Source of the DNA: a virus
Taxonomy: Duplodnaviria > Caudoviricetes
Length of the DNA stretch: 30,561 nt
Direction: 5' to 3' (one strand)
Virus record (IMG/VR): IMGVR_UViG_3300032216_000439
Span: 1-30,561 of that record
Shown here: piece after piece, positions 17,471 through 25,719 of the stretch
Layout of the letters: each line of letters starts with the position of its first letter
How positions within the stretch are numbered: the first letter of the stretch is position 1
Position numbers and translations under genes: made by a program
Notes under the pieces: generated by a model
The model's database searches: none
What the model was told of the DNA's origin: nothing
Seen by the model: only the letters and a program-made list of their open reading frames with translations

Positions 17471-18952
17471 TTAAGCAACGCCGTAATAACGAACTGCTAG
17501 ATCTGACGCCTTGGTTAGGTCGAATGCAGTATTAGCAACAGTTGCATTGGGTGCATAGCCCTGAGCAGTAAAGTTAATTGTTGTACTTACTACCTGTTGT
17601 ACATCAATAGCAGGAATGCCTAGTGAAATTGAAGCCAGATCTACAATTACTCGTGGGTTGGTAGAGGTTGTTCCGCCGATATTCATACTCAAGCTGAACA
17701 TCGGCTCAGTAGTGGTAGTAGCTTCAGCCAGTAAGTCAGCTAGTAGTCTGCCAGACTCTACTGCGCTACCTGTACGTAGATAAGCCATTACTGAACCGCT
17801 AATTGCTCTAGTACCTGTATAGTAGGTAACAGGAGTGTTAACAACACCTAAAATAGCTGGTGTAATATAGTTAATATTATTGTTAATTGTAAGACTACCA
17901 CCAGTAATAGGTATCAAATATTCTTTACCTGCAGTAATTGAGTTGCCAATAGCTTTAACTGCTTTTAAGGTAATAGTACTAATCTTATTAGTAATATATT
18001 TCCCTGCTGTTGAAGTAGGTTGATACGCTCCAGAACCTGTATTTGTAACTCCAGCACCTGACCCACCGAAAGTACCAGCTAGTGCAGTAAGATCAGTACC
18101 AAATTGGCGTAAAGCTGTTGCTTGTCCAGTCCACTGTGCGGTAGCAATAGCATCTAGTCCAAAATCGATAGTTACTTGTCCAAGAGATGCATTATCAACT
18201 GCATACATTACATTATCTACCAGGAACAACATGCCAAATTTTTGTAGTTGATTTCTATCACTTAAGCCGGAAGTTACCTGACTGTAGGTTGTGGTAGACT
18301 CATTCCAAGCACACTTAGAGTATCCTAAACCAGCTGAAGTAAATGAACCTGTTGCAGCTGTAGCCGCATGATTAACTAATTGAACTGTAATACTGGTCGC
18401 AGTAGAGGTAATTACTTTACCTGCTGAATTAATATACTTGTCTTGGTCTGCAGAAGAAGTAGTAGAAGCCACTCCTGAAAGTACAATATAATCACCAACT
18501 GTTGGTAGTGGAGTCATTCCAGTACCTGTAATGGTGACTAATCCAGCAGTATCCAAAGTAATGCCTGTTTCACCGGATATTAATGTAGGAGTGGTAATTG
18601 CTGTATCACTCAACAGAGCATTCCACAACAAAGAATCTCCTGAAGTTACTTTAGTAGGTGAAGTTCCTTCTAAGGCAGGTTTAATATATGTGGAAAAAGA
18701 GAAACTAACAGGTGCTAAACTTGTGTTGAAAGCGCGCTGTCCGCGAGAAGGAGTAATGCCTGCTTCTGAAAGAGTAACTACTTCATTGGCTGTTGCTTGT
18801 GAAAATGTAAACCCATCTAAAACCTGGACTTCAAAGGTATTGCTGTTTGTGAATACTGCGCCGCCAGTTCCGCCTGAGGGTTTAATAACTCCGCTGCTAT
18901 CGATGTTGGTAGTAAAGAATACTTTACTATTACGTACTAGATTAATTGCCAT
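17471..18952 (-). CDS. Major tail tube protein (T5 pb6-like)
   Basis: 493 aa. NTFEVQVLDGFTFSQ, RGQRAFNTSLAPVSFSFSTYIKP, IDFGLDAIATAQWTG and TGTRAISGS motifs resemble the T5 tube protein; synteny agrees. Confidence 0.85.
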   Translation of the reverse strand: MAINLVRNSKVFFTTNIDSSGVIKPSGGTGGAVFTNSNTFEVQVLDGFTFSQATANEVVTLSEAGITPSRGQRAFNTSLAPVSFSFSTYIKPALEGTSPTKVTSGDSLLWNALLSDTAITTPTLISGETGITLDTAGLVTITGTGMTPLPTVGDYIVLSGVASTTSSADQDKYINSAGKVITSTATSITVQLVNHAATAATGSFTSAGLGYSKCAWNESTTTYSQVTSGLSDRNQLQKFGMLFLVDNVMYAVDNASLGQVTIDFGLDAIATAQWTGQATALRQFGTDLTALAGTFGGSGAGVTNTGSGAYQPTSTAGKYITNKISTITLKAVKAIGNSITAGKEYLIPITGGSLTINNNINYITPAILGVVNTPVTYYTGTRAISGSVMAYLRTGSAVESGRLLADLLAEATTTTEPMFSLSMNIGGTTSTNPRVIVDLASISLGIPAIDVQQVVSTTINFTAQGYAPNATVANTAFDLTKASDLAVRYYGVA

Positions 18953-19036
18953 GGTACTTCCTTTTTTGTGGTTTTTGGCACGGCTACATCATGTTAGCTA
19001 GATATTTATCTGCGTATATGAGGTTAGTTTGCCTTA

Positions 19037-19474
19037 TTACATGATTTGATAACGCACTTGAAGATTAATTTCTCCAATTGCATAAGGGGCTAGAAGACCT
19101 TCATCAGTAGTAATAGAAGTTATTAGAATCTCTGTAGTCTCGTAATTGTTGGCGGCGTCATATACCAACACACGATTAGCATCAATTACATTCTCTACAT
19201 CTTCTAATAAGTCTTCTAGTAATTGTTGTGAATCTTCGCCTTTGCAGTATACTTTGAGACTAACGCCTAAATATCCCCAAGTAAAAGCACTAGGCATATA
19301 GTCTCGGGATTCTGACCCGGCTACTACATAAATAGAAGGAAAGTCGCTGGTTTCATCCCAAAACTTTAATTTTGCAAATGAGTTATTAAAAATATTTGTT
19401 TTGTACCCGGTAGATCCATCGATGACTTTGAATTTTTCAGCAAGGGCTTTTACAATACTTGTTCTTCTGCTCAT
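19037..19474 (-). CDS. Tail terminator protein (T5 p142-like)
   Basis: MSRRTSIVKAL...ITTDEGLLAPYAIGEI, plus synteny. Confidence 0.8.
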   Translation of the reverse strand: MSRRTSIVKALAEKFKVIDGSTGYKTNIFNNSFAKLKFWDETSDFPSIYVVAGSESRDYMPSAFTWGYLGVSLKVYCKGEDSQQLLEDLLEDVENVIDANRVLVYDAANNYETTEILITSITTDEGLLAPYAIGEINLQVRYQIM

Positions 19475-21201
19475 ACTAATACTGCTCGCATTCTATTTGC
19501 AACCATTGTGGCTCCGATTTCTCTAATTGACTTAGATATTAGCAGTTTAGGGTCTCTGGTAGCAGGATTTTCCTGCTGACCTCCAAATGAAAAAGTTGCA
19601 TAAGGGTTACGCATATAAGAATAAAAAGCAGTAATCATACCTTCTCTAGACTGACTCATTTTTTCTACTTTTGCAGATTCTGCAAAGCGGCCAGTCTGGT
19701 AATTAAGAATATCTTTGCGAGCACCAGTGCCCATGTTCTTTTGAATCTGAGTAGCTAGATTTTGATTCAAAAGATTCTGTAAAGAAACTAAGCTAGTAAA
19801 TTGACCTTTATTAGTACGCAAACGAAGCGGGGCAGGTTTGGTACTAGACCCAGATTTTTTTGTTTTCTTAGGTCCAGATACTACACTAGTAGTAGCTCTT
19901 GCTACTATGGGGGTTATATCTACTTTATCTCCAACAGGTACATGAGGTTTTAATTTTCTAGGTTTGCCACCTATTTTCCTTAGTACTGCGTTCGTAACAT
20001 CTTCTACAATATCTTGTGTAATAGTGTTGCTACCAGGTACAAATCTAATAATATTTAATAATTCTTGCTCTACTTCACGTCTAATACGCCCTTCATGTAC
20101 TGCTAGGGCATTATTTTGTTTATAGTGCTGAACAGTTAGAACTACGAATCCACCAGAATATTTAATAATATTAAGAGCAGAGGTTTCACCCCACCCTTTA
20201 CGAGGTACTGTATTGTGAAATGTCCATTTAACAACACTATGTTTATCTGCCAAATCTTTTTGATATTTTTCGATGACACCTCTTACACTTGCAGATATCC
20301 TGGGATCACCTATTAGTATACCTTCTGAAGCTATACTTGCTAATTTTTCGCCTAGAGGAGTTCTACCTGTAGAACTCCAGTCAAGATATCCATGACCTAA
20401 GTCTAGAACAGATAGCCTATTCTGTTTTACAAAAGGATATTTATTACCTTGTTTGTCTTCGTATAGCGCAATATCTCTATTAGTTGAAAATCCTTGACCA
20501 ATATTTTTACCTGTGCTGTCTCTTTCAGACTTAACGGTTATCTGGGATCCTACAAACTCAGGTACTAAATTAGATATCGTAACTGTATCACTTAATTCAT
20601 CTGCTCTAGAGGCATAGTGTGCTACTTTGGTAAATTTACCTAAACTGATTTCTTCATACCATGAATATTTACTTCTGTCTTCAGTTATAGGTTTTTCAGC
20701 TACTTGGCCAATTATACCGTTTGCTTGTATAAATGCTTTTCCTTTTAGATCGCTTAACCCACTGGTCATACCTGCAGGAATATTATATTCACTTAAATTT
20801 CGTTCTCTATATGTCTGGCCAAAACTAGGATCATCTATTAATCCAGGTGTACCAGAAACTCTAGATATAATTTCTCTTGCTTGATCGAAATTTTTACATA
20901 CTAAAAATAGACCGACTAAGCAAGCACCTCTATGATCAGCTATTCTTTCTAGTGCTATTTCTATAGTGGGGACGAAACATCCTCTGCTACTAGTATCTTG
21001 ACGTATAGCTCTTATAAATTTCTGATAGGATCCCCACGAAATGCTACGTGAAGTTCTCATGTCTCTGGTATTAGCTGTACTAATACTTGAGTAATTTAAA
21101 TCCAATATGTGATACTCAGAATCTAAATTTTTGCGTACTTCATGATTTTCAAGTACGTCCTTGATTATTTGATTAATTACACCTTTAGCTTCTTGACCCA
21201 T
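19471..21201 (-). CDS. Tail completion protein (T5 p143-like) with long N-terminal extension
   Basis: C-terminal LNYQTGRFAES...YSYMRNPYATF...RDPKLLISKSIREI, plus synteny. 576 aa. Confidence 0.7.
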   Translation of the reverse strand: MGQEAKGVINQIIKDVLENHEVRKNLDSEYHILDLNYSSISTANTRDMRTSRSISWGSYQKFIRAIRQDTSSRGCFVPTIEIALERIADHRGACLVGLFLVCKNFDQAREIISRVSGTPGLIDDPSFGQTYRERNLSEYNIPAGMTSGLSDLKGKAFIQANGIIGQVAEKPITEDRSKYSWYEEISLGKFTKVAHYASRADELSDTVTISNLVPEFVGSQITVKSERDSTGKNIGQGFSTNRDIALYEDKQGNKYPFVKQNRLSVLDLGHGYLDWSSTGRTPLGEKLASIASEGILIGDPRISASVRGVIEKYQKDLADKHSVVKWTFHNTVPRKGWGETSALNIIKYSGGFVVLTVQHYKQNNALAVHEGRIRREVEQELLNIIRFVPGSNTITQDIVEDVTNAVLRKIGGKPRKLKPHVPVGDKVDITPIVARATTSVVSGPKKTKKSGSSTKPAPLRLRTNKGQFTSLVSLQNLLNQNLATQIQKNMGTGARKDILNYQTGRFAESAKVEKMSQSREGMITAFYSYMRNPYATFSFGGQQENPATRDPKLLISKSIREIGATMVANRMRAVLV

Positions 21202-21203
21202 AA

Positions 21204-21833
21204 TTAATTATAACTCTCAGTATACAAATCTAACACACGCTTAATATGAGCAGGCAGGTGAGTATTAAGAATATACTCAATCTGCATAGTATTAGCACCG
21301 ATATTTCTTTGAGATTTAACAGCACCATCGCTTTTTAACTGATAAGTAATTAAATCCATTACAGCCATTTTTAAATCATACGGAATAGTTTCATATCCTG
21401 CAGTGTAAGTAACTCTGTATCCATTAACACGTTTAGTAAACTCAGGATCAGGATTATATCGCATACTGGTATCAAGTCCGCCGTAGTAATCGGCATAAAA
21501 ATTCATATTCCTAATTGGAACAATCTGATTAGTTTCTTGATCTACAGCATAGTCCGTGAATTCTGTTAATTCTGTATATGTATTGCCATAGTCCAACGAG
21601 TATTCAACGCTGATTACAGACAACAAAGGAGTTTCAGCTACATTAAACGCAGTGCCACCTTTGAATACTTGTACTTTACTATCGTTGACGTAATCTACGA
21701 AAGTTCTACGGCAGATTTGTTTGACTAAATTACTAACTGCTGGAATAAGAGAATTTAAAGCATCATCCTGCGTAGTACTGGTAATTCCAGCGTGAGCCTT
21801 ATATTCTGCGAGCGTTACTAGATTTAGTCCCAT
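21204..21833 (-). CDS. Head completion / head-tail adaptor (T5 p144-like)
   Basis: LVTLAEYK...RVTYTAGYETIPYDLKMAVMDLI...LPAHIKRVLDLY. Confidence 0.85.
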   Translation of the reverse strand: MGLNLVTLAEYKAHAGITSTTQDDALNSLIPAVSNLVKQICRRTFVDYVNDSKVQVFKGGTAFNVAETPLLSVISVEYSLDYGNTYTELTEFTDYAVDQETNQIVPIRNMNFYADYYGGLDTSMRYNPDPEFTKRVNGYRVTYTAGYETIPYDLKMAVMDLITYQLKSDGAVKSQRNIGANTMQIEYILNTHLPAHIKRVLDLYTESYN

Positions 21834-21871
21834 ATGTTTTCCTTTTATCTTTTCTAAAGCTCAGGCCTTAG

Positions 21872-21901
21872 AAAAAACAGGGAACCGAAGTTCCCTATTT
21901 T
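21872..21901 (-). terminator. Intrinsic terminator after the capsid gene (UUCG loop)
   Basis: AGGGAAC-TTCG-GTTCCCT followed by GTTTTTT. Confidence 0.85.
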
Positions 21902-21909
21902 AAGTTAGA

Positions 21910-23316
21910 TTAGCTCCAACGTAGAGTTGATACGCCTTGACCTAGGTTGGTAGTGACTTGAGTCATACCAGTACGTAGGCTAGCTACTAGAACACGACGT
22001 TGAGTCTCAACTAGTTCTTGAGTGTCAAAACGTAGACCACGCTGATTACCTGCTAAGAAGTTACCAGGAGCAATGCAAAGTGCAGCTAGATTGGTAAAGA
22101 CTGTGCCAGGAGTAGTTGTGGCTGCTGTAGGCTTAGAAGGAAACTCGCCAGATACTAGAACTGGAGTGTTACCTAGTGAACCAACTTGACCAGTTAGTAA
22201 TGTAGCTTGTACACCAACTTGGTTCATTGTTTGGAAAGTAGTATCGTCTAGTAAGTCGTAGTAGACTTCGGTAGAAACGATATAAACTAACTCAGCAGGA
22301 TCTAGACCCCATGCACCTAGGTTCTTACGTAGAGCACGTAAGTTAGCAATAGTTGCGGAACCGGTATAAGTAGGAGTAACTGCAGCAGTAGCTTCGTACC
22401 GTGCTAGACCCTTAACAGGATCGGTACCAGAGCCAGCACCGTATAGATACGCACGGTCAATAGCACGAGCAACACGACGAACCATTGCGTCACGAACGAT
22501 TGGTAAGAGAACAATTAAGCTGTCTTCTTCTTCTTCGTAGTTCATGTACTCGTTGGTAGCAACCTTGTATGCATTTAAGGTAACTTCTTTTAGTTGATGT
22601 GTAGCAGTAGTACCTGCTGAAGCAGTAGTACCAAAAGCTGTGCCTGACTGAGTAGCCCAAGTAGCTAGACCAGCTTCTGGGTTAACTGGAATAGTCATGA
22701 CGTTGGTTTGCATGTTAATTGCACGAATATTAGGTGCAACTACTAGACGCCTACGAACTTCAGCTTCCATGTTCATGGAAACTTCTAGTTCCCAAGTACC
22801 ACTTGGAACGTGTGGGCTGCTGGTAGAAACCGTAGCAGTTTGTCCGCTGGTTGTGTATGTAGCCTTCTCAACTAGATTGCGACCAAATTTGGTGCCTTCG
22901 ATACCCTTGCCGGTGATCTTGCCTAGTAAGTAGGCAGTTTCACGTTCTTGATATGTAGTGGGTTGACCAGACTTGTCGCCGGCAAATTGCATCTTGCTTG
23001 CTTGGATCTTGGCTAGTTCAGCAGTCTTTTCAGAGATAGCTGCTTCTAGTCCTGCTAGAGCGCTCTTTGAATCGTTGTGCTGGTCTTCGAAACGCTTGGT
23101 GACTTCGGCTAGCAAACGCTCAGCACCGGTGTCAACAGTTTTGATAGAGGCTTCAACAGCGCTCTTGATTTTGGTTTCTAGTTCTGCAGCAGCCTTGGCT
23201 TCTGCTAGAGCTTTTTCTGATTGAGCAGCTTGAGCTGCTAGTAGAGACTTGGTGGCTTGTTCGGCAGCACTGTTGGCAGCTTCAGCAAGCATTTGCTTTA
23301 GTTCTTCTGGATTCAT
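21910..23316 (-). CDS. Major capsid protein from a probable internal start (468 aa)
   Basis: AAAAGGAATGGAAAATG provides an RBS and in-frame ATG at 23316 (MNPEELKQM...), right at the domain boundary. Confidence 0.65.
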   Translation of the reverse strand: MNPEELKQMLAEAANSAAEQATKSLLAAQAAQSEKALAEAKAAAELETKIKSAVEASIKTVDTGAERLLAEVTKRFEDQHNDSKSALAGLEAAISEKTAELAKIQASKMQFAGDKSGQPTTYQERETAYLLGKITGKGIEGTKFGRNLVEKATYTTSGQTATVSTSSPHVPSGTWELEVSMNMEAEVRRRLVVAPNIRAINMQTNVMTIPVNPEAGLATWATQSGTAFGTTASAGTTATHQLKEVTLNAYKVATNEYMNYEEEEDSLIVLLPIVRDAMVRRVARAIDRAYLYGAGSGTDPVKGLARYEATAAVTPTYTGSATIANLRALRKNLGAWGLDPAELVYIVSTEVYYDLLDDTTFQTMNQVGVQATLLTGQVGSLGNTPVLVSGEFPSKPTAATTTPGTVFTNLAALCIAPGNFLAGNQRGLRFDTQELVETQRRVLVASLRTGMTQVTTNLGQGVSTLRWS

Positions 23317-23913
23317 TTTCCATTCCTTTTGAGTTGTGCTTTTTGCTTCCGTTGTGGATTCTAGCCCTTTAGCTGAATTGCCGTTGGGTGCAAATTGCTC
23401 TTTAAATTTACTGTAGTCCTCAGCACTATTAAATGCCTTGGATAGGTTAAATACAGTATTCTGATTGCATGGTACTGAAACGATTGAAATTTCAACTAAC
23501 TCTAGCTCTTTAATCATAAAAACTTCTGCTGCTGAATTATATTCAGCATCCATAATTCTAAAACCAACGCTAAAGGCTGTTAATACCTTGTCTTTAACTA
23601 AATTAAATATCTCTGCTGCTGCTGAGATTCTTGCTTTAATCCATAAACCTTTACTATCTATTCTGTGTTCAACCATGCGACCCACTGGATCGTCATAGTC
23701 ATGCTGAGATAAGATAATAGGGTTAGTAAGATAATTCTGAATGCCTTTTTCCCAAACTGAGCTGGGAACTACATCTCCTGATCTATCAATATCTGTTGTA
23801 CTTGCGTAACCTTCGATAAAAATAGAATCAATCTTGTCCCCTGCAGCCGGTAAGGCTCCCATATCTTTAATGGAAAAAGCACTATTCAAATATAGTACTT
23901 TATTTTTTTCCAT
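21910..23913 (-). CDS. Prohead protease fused in frame to HK97-fold major capsid protein
   Basis: ATG 23913 with GAGGAG RBS. IEGYAST..DRSGD, QHD, FSVGF and EISIVSVPCN are HK97-type protease motifs. No stop before the coiled-coil delta domain and capsid body. Confidence 0.85.
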   Translation of the reverse strand: MEKNKVLYLNSAFSIKDMGALPAAGDKIDSIFIEGYASTTDIDRSGDVVPSSVWEKGIQNYLTNPIILSQHDYDDPVGRMVEHRIDSKGLWIKARISAAAEIFNLVKDKVLTAFSVGFRIMDAEYNSAAEVFMIKELELVEISIVSVPCNQNTVFNLSKAFNSAEDYSKFKEQFAPNGNSAKGLESTTEAKSTTQKEWKMNPEELKQMLAEAANSAAEQATKSLLAAQAAQSEKALAEAKAAAELETKIKSAVEASIKTVDTGAERLLAEVTKRFEDQHNDSKSALAGLEAAISEKTAELAKIQASKMQFAGDKSGQPTTYQERETAYLLGKITGKGIEGTKFGRNLVEKATYTTSGQTATVSTSSPHVPSGTWELEVSMNMEAEVRRRLVVAPNIRAINMQTNVMTIPVNPEAGLATWATQSGTAFGTTASAGTTATHQLKEVTLNAYKVATNEYMNYEEEEDSLIVLLPIVRDAMVRRVARAIDRAYLYGAGSGTDPVKGLARYEATAAVTPTYTGSATIANLRALRKNLGAWGLDPAELVYIVSTEVYYDLLDDTTFQTMNQVGVQATLLTGQVGSLGNTPVLVSGEFPSKPTAATTTPGTVFTNLAALCIAPGNFLAGNQRGLRFDTQELVETQRRVLVASLRTGMTQVTTNLGQGVSTLRWS

Positions 23914-23925
23914 ATAACTCCTCAC

Positions 23926-25155
23926 TTATTGTGCCTTGCCACCTACTGGAGGTTTTGGGCTTGCCCCGTCTGACGAGGCTTTAGGTGGTGCTCCACCTAC
24001 ACCAGGGTTTACTGCAGAACCAGCAATATTTGCTGGAACTCGTAATTCATCAAATCCGGAAATAGGTCCGTAACGTAGTTCTTCCCGTGCTTCATTCGGT
24101 GTGATGATACCGCCGTTGACCAATGAAACATTGTATGCTGCTATGTCTTTTAACTCTGGTTGAAGTGCTGATACATTGTATGTAACTGGTGCAATATCAT
24201 ATCCAAAGTATCGCTCTAGCCCAGATACAAATTTTGTAACTATTGGAATTACTGTTTCTAAATAGAACAAACGTAAGTTAGGGCTAATGTTTGCATTATT
24301 ACCACCTTCTAGTAAAATAGGCGGAACTCCCAACGCACGTAAAATCATGGCATTGTGACTTTGAATAGAACTTTCAAAGTCCATTTCTGAAAATGTTTGT
24401 GTTAAGTTACTGAACGGCTTCAAGCCACTGTCTAAGATCATGGGCTTGCGAGCACCGTTCTTTGGACTGTAGCGAGCCTGCCAGTTTGCAATTGTTTTGT
24501 CTTTGGCAATCTGACTCAGCGTATTTTCGCTGGTAAAGATTAAACCTGCTACAGCTCCGTTTTCAAAGAACTGTTCTTGAAACTGCTGCATCTTGTACAA
24601 AATTTTGATGTTTCTGTCTGCAGATACTAGTCTGCTGGTACCACGATAAATCGACACACTGTTCAAGTCTTTTATGTGTATGATTTCGTCGGGTTTAAAA
24701 GAGATGGTTCTGTTGTAAGTGTATAAACTTACAAAAGTTTTAGGGTCTGTTTCAACTGTGACATGCGAAGCAGGCAAATGGTATAAGTGAACACCATCGT
24801 GATAAATGAATATATTGCCTTCTAAGATAAAGTCAAGGAATAAGTTGTTTCTGAAATCTTGAGCTGACTGGTACGGGTTAGGCGTGTAATTTAACAAACT
24901 GGTTAATGTTTTTTGTCTAACGCCTGTTGCTACACCAGGTGCTGTTTTATCTTTTACGTCGTAATCTAAACTACTCACTGCGCTAACAATCATGTTAACG
25001 CCGCGATTTACAGATTCCAGCTTGTCGAATGCTTGCGCGTAATTAATAACAGCAGTGGTGTTGATAAACAACCCTTGCTCTCTGCTAATAAATTCCTGCG
25101 CTGGATTCAACTTCTCTCTATCTGCAAACCAAGTATTCGGTTTGTACCAAGCCAT
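23926..25155 (-). CDS. Portal protein (HK97 family, T5 pb7-like)
   Basis: LLNYTPNPYQS, EIIHIKD, FFENGA, ALGVPPILL and GIITPNEAREEL motifs. Confidence 0.92.
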   Translation of the reverse strand: MAWYKPNTWFADREKLNPAQEFISREQGLFINTTAVINYAQAFDKLESVNRGVNMIVSAVSSLDYDVKDKTAPGVATGVRQKTLTSLLNYTPNPYQSAQDFRNNLFLDFILEGNIFIYHDGVHLYHLPASHVTVETDPKTFVSLYTYNRTISFKPDEIIHIKDLNSVSIYRGTSRLVSADRNIKILYKMQQFQEQFFENGAVAGLIFTSENTLSQIAKDKTIANWQARYSPKNGARKPMILDSGLKPFSNLTQTFSEMDFESSIQSHNAMILRALGVPPILLEGGNNANISPNLRLFYLETVIPIVTKFVSGLERYFGYDIAPVTYNVSALQPELKDIAAYNVSLVNGGIITPNEAREELRYGPISGFDELRVPANIAGSAVNPGVGGAPPKASSDGASPKPPVGGKAQ

Positions 25156-25163
25156 ATTATTCC

Positions 25164-25601
25164 TTAGTAGAATTGGCCGAAGTGAGCTATTGACTGGTGA
25201 ACTTTAACAGGTTCCACATATCCACTCTCTGCTTTTGCCTTCTGGTCTTCAATCCACTTGCTTTGCTTGCTGGCACTTATGAGGCTGGGAGCTTTACCGT
25301 ATACACCATGTAAAGATACGTGATGCCTATTACACAGAGTATAGACGTCTTCGTAAATTTCCTTGTGGTGGACTTCAATAAACTGATCCCGTACAGCTAA
25401 GATTCCAGCATCTGTGGAAATATCATAACCGCTTTTATTTGCCCAGTTGTTTAGCAGCACAGTAAGTGAATGCGTGTGATGTAATTCTAAGTCGGCTTGC
25501 GTGTTGCAGATGTAACAATAATCCTTCTTGTCGTATGCTGCTTTCGCCCTGTCTCGGACCCATTTAACCGGAATACGATTGTTGGTTGTGTTCTTAGCCA
25601 T
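25164..25601 (-). CDS. HNH-type nicking endonuclease (T5-like, between terL and portal)
   Basis: Start moved to ATG 25601 (the longer start lies inside the promoter). CYIC...LELHH...TLCNRHH..LH motifs, plus T5 synteny. Confidence 0.8.
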   Translation of the reverse strand: MAKNTTNNRIPVKWVRDRAKAAYDKKDYCYICNTQADLELHHTHSLTVLLNNWANKSGYDISTDAGILAVRDQFIEVHHKEIYEDVYTLCNRHHVSLHGVYGKAPSLISASKQSKWIEDQKAKAESGYVEPVKVHQSIAHFGQFY

Positions 25602-25628
25602 TTTTACACCAAAGTTTTTAATTTCCTT

Positions 25629-25657
25629 ATTATAGCATGCAGGCACACCACTGTCAA
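25629..25657 (-). promoter_or_regulatory. Sigma70 consensus promoter TTGACA-17-TATAAT, extended -10
   Basis: Minus strand reads TTGACA GTGGTGTGCCTGCATGC TATAAT, with AAATTTTAA upstream. Confidence 0.85.
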
Positions 25658-25678
25658 CACTTAAAATTTCATAGTAGC

Positions 25679-25719
25679 AAAAGAAAAAGCCTCTGAAAAC
25701 ACAAGGCTTTCAGAGGCTT
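25679..25719 (-). terminator. Intrinsic terminator after terL
   Basis: AAGCCTCTGAAA-9 nt-TTTCAGAGGCTT followed by TTTCTTTT. Confidence 0.8.

Noticed and set aside
23300-23400. Stop-codon readthrough or recoding as the cause of the protease-capsid fusion
   Set aside because: There is no stop codon in frame, and the standard code gives full-length genes throughout the window.
25164-25601. HNH gene as a mobile homing endonuclease
   Set aside because: Its position between terL and portal matches the conserved T5 nicking/packaging nuclease. I could not identify nick-site motifs by eye.
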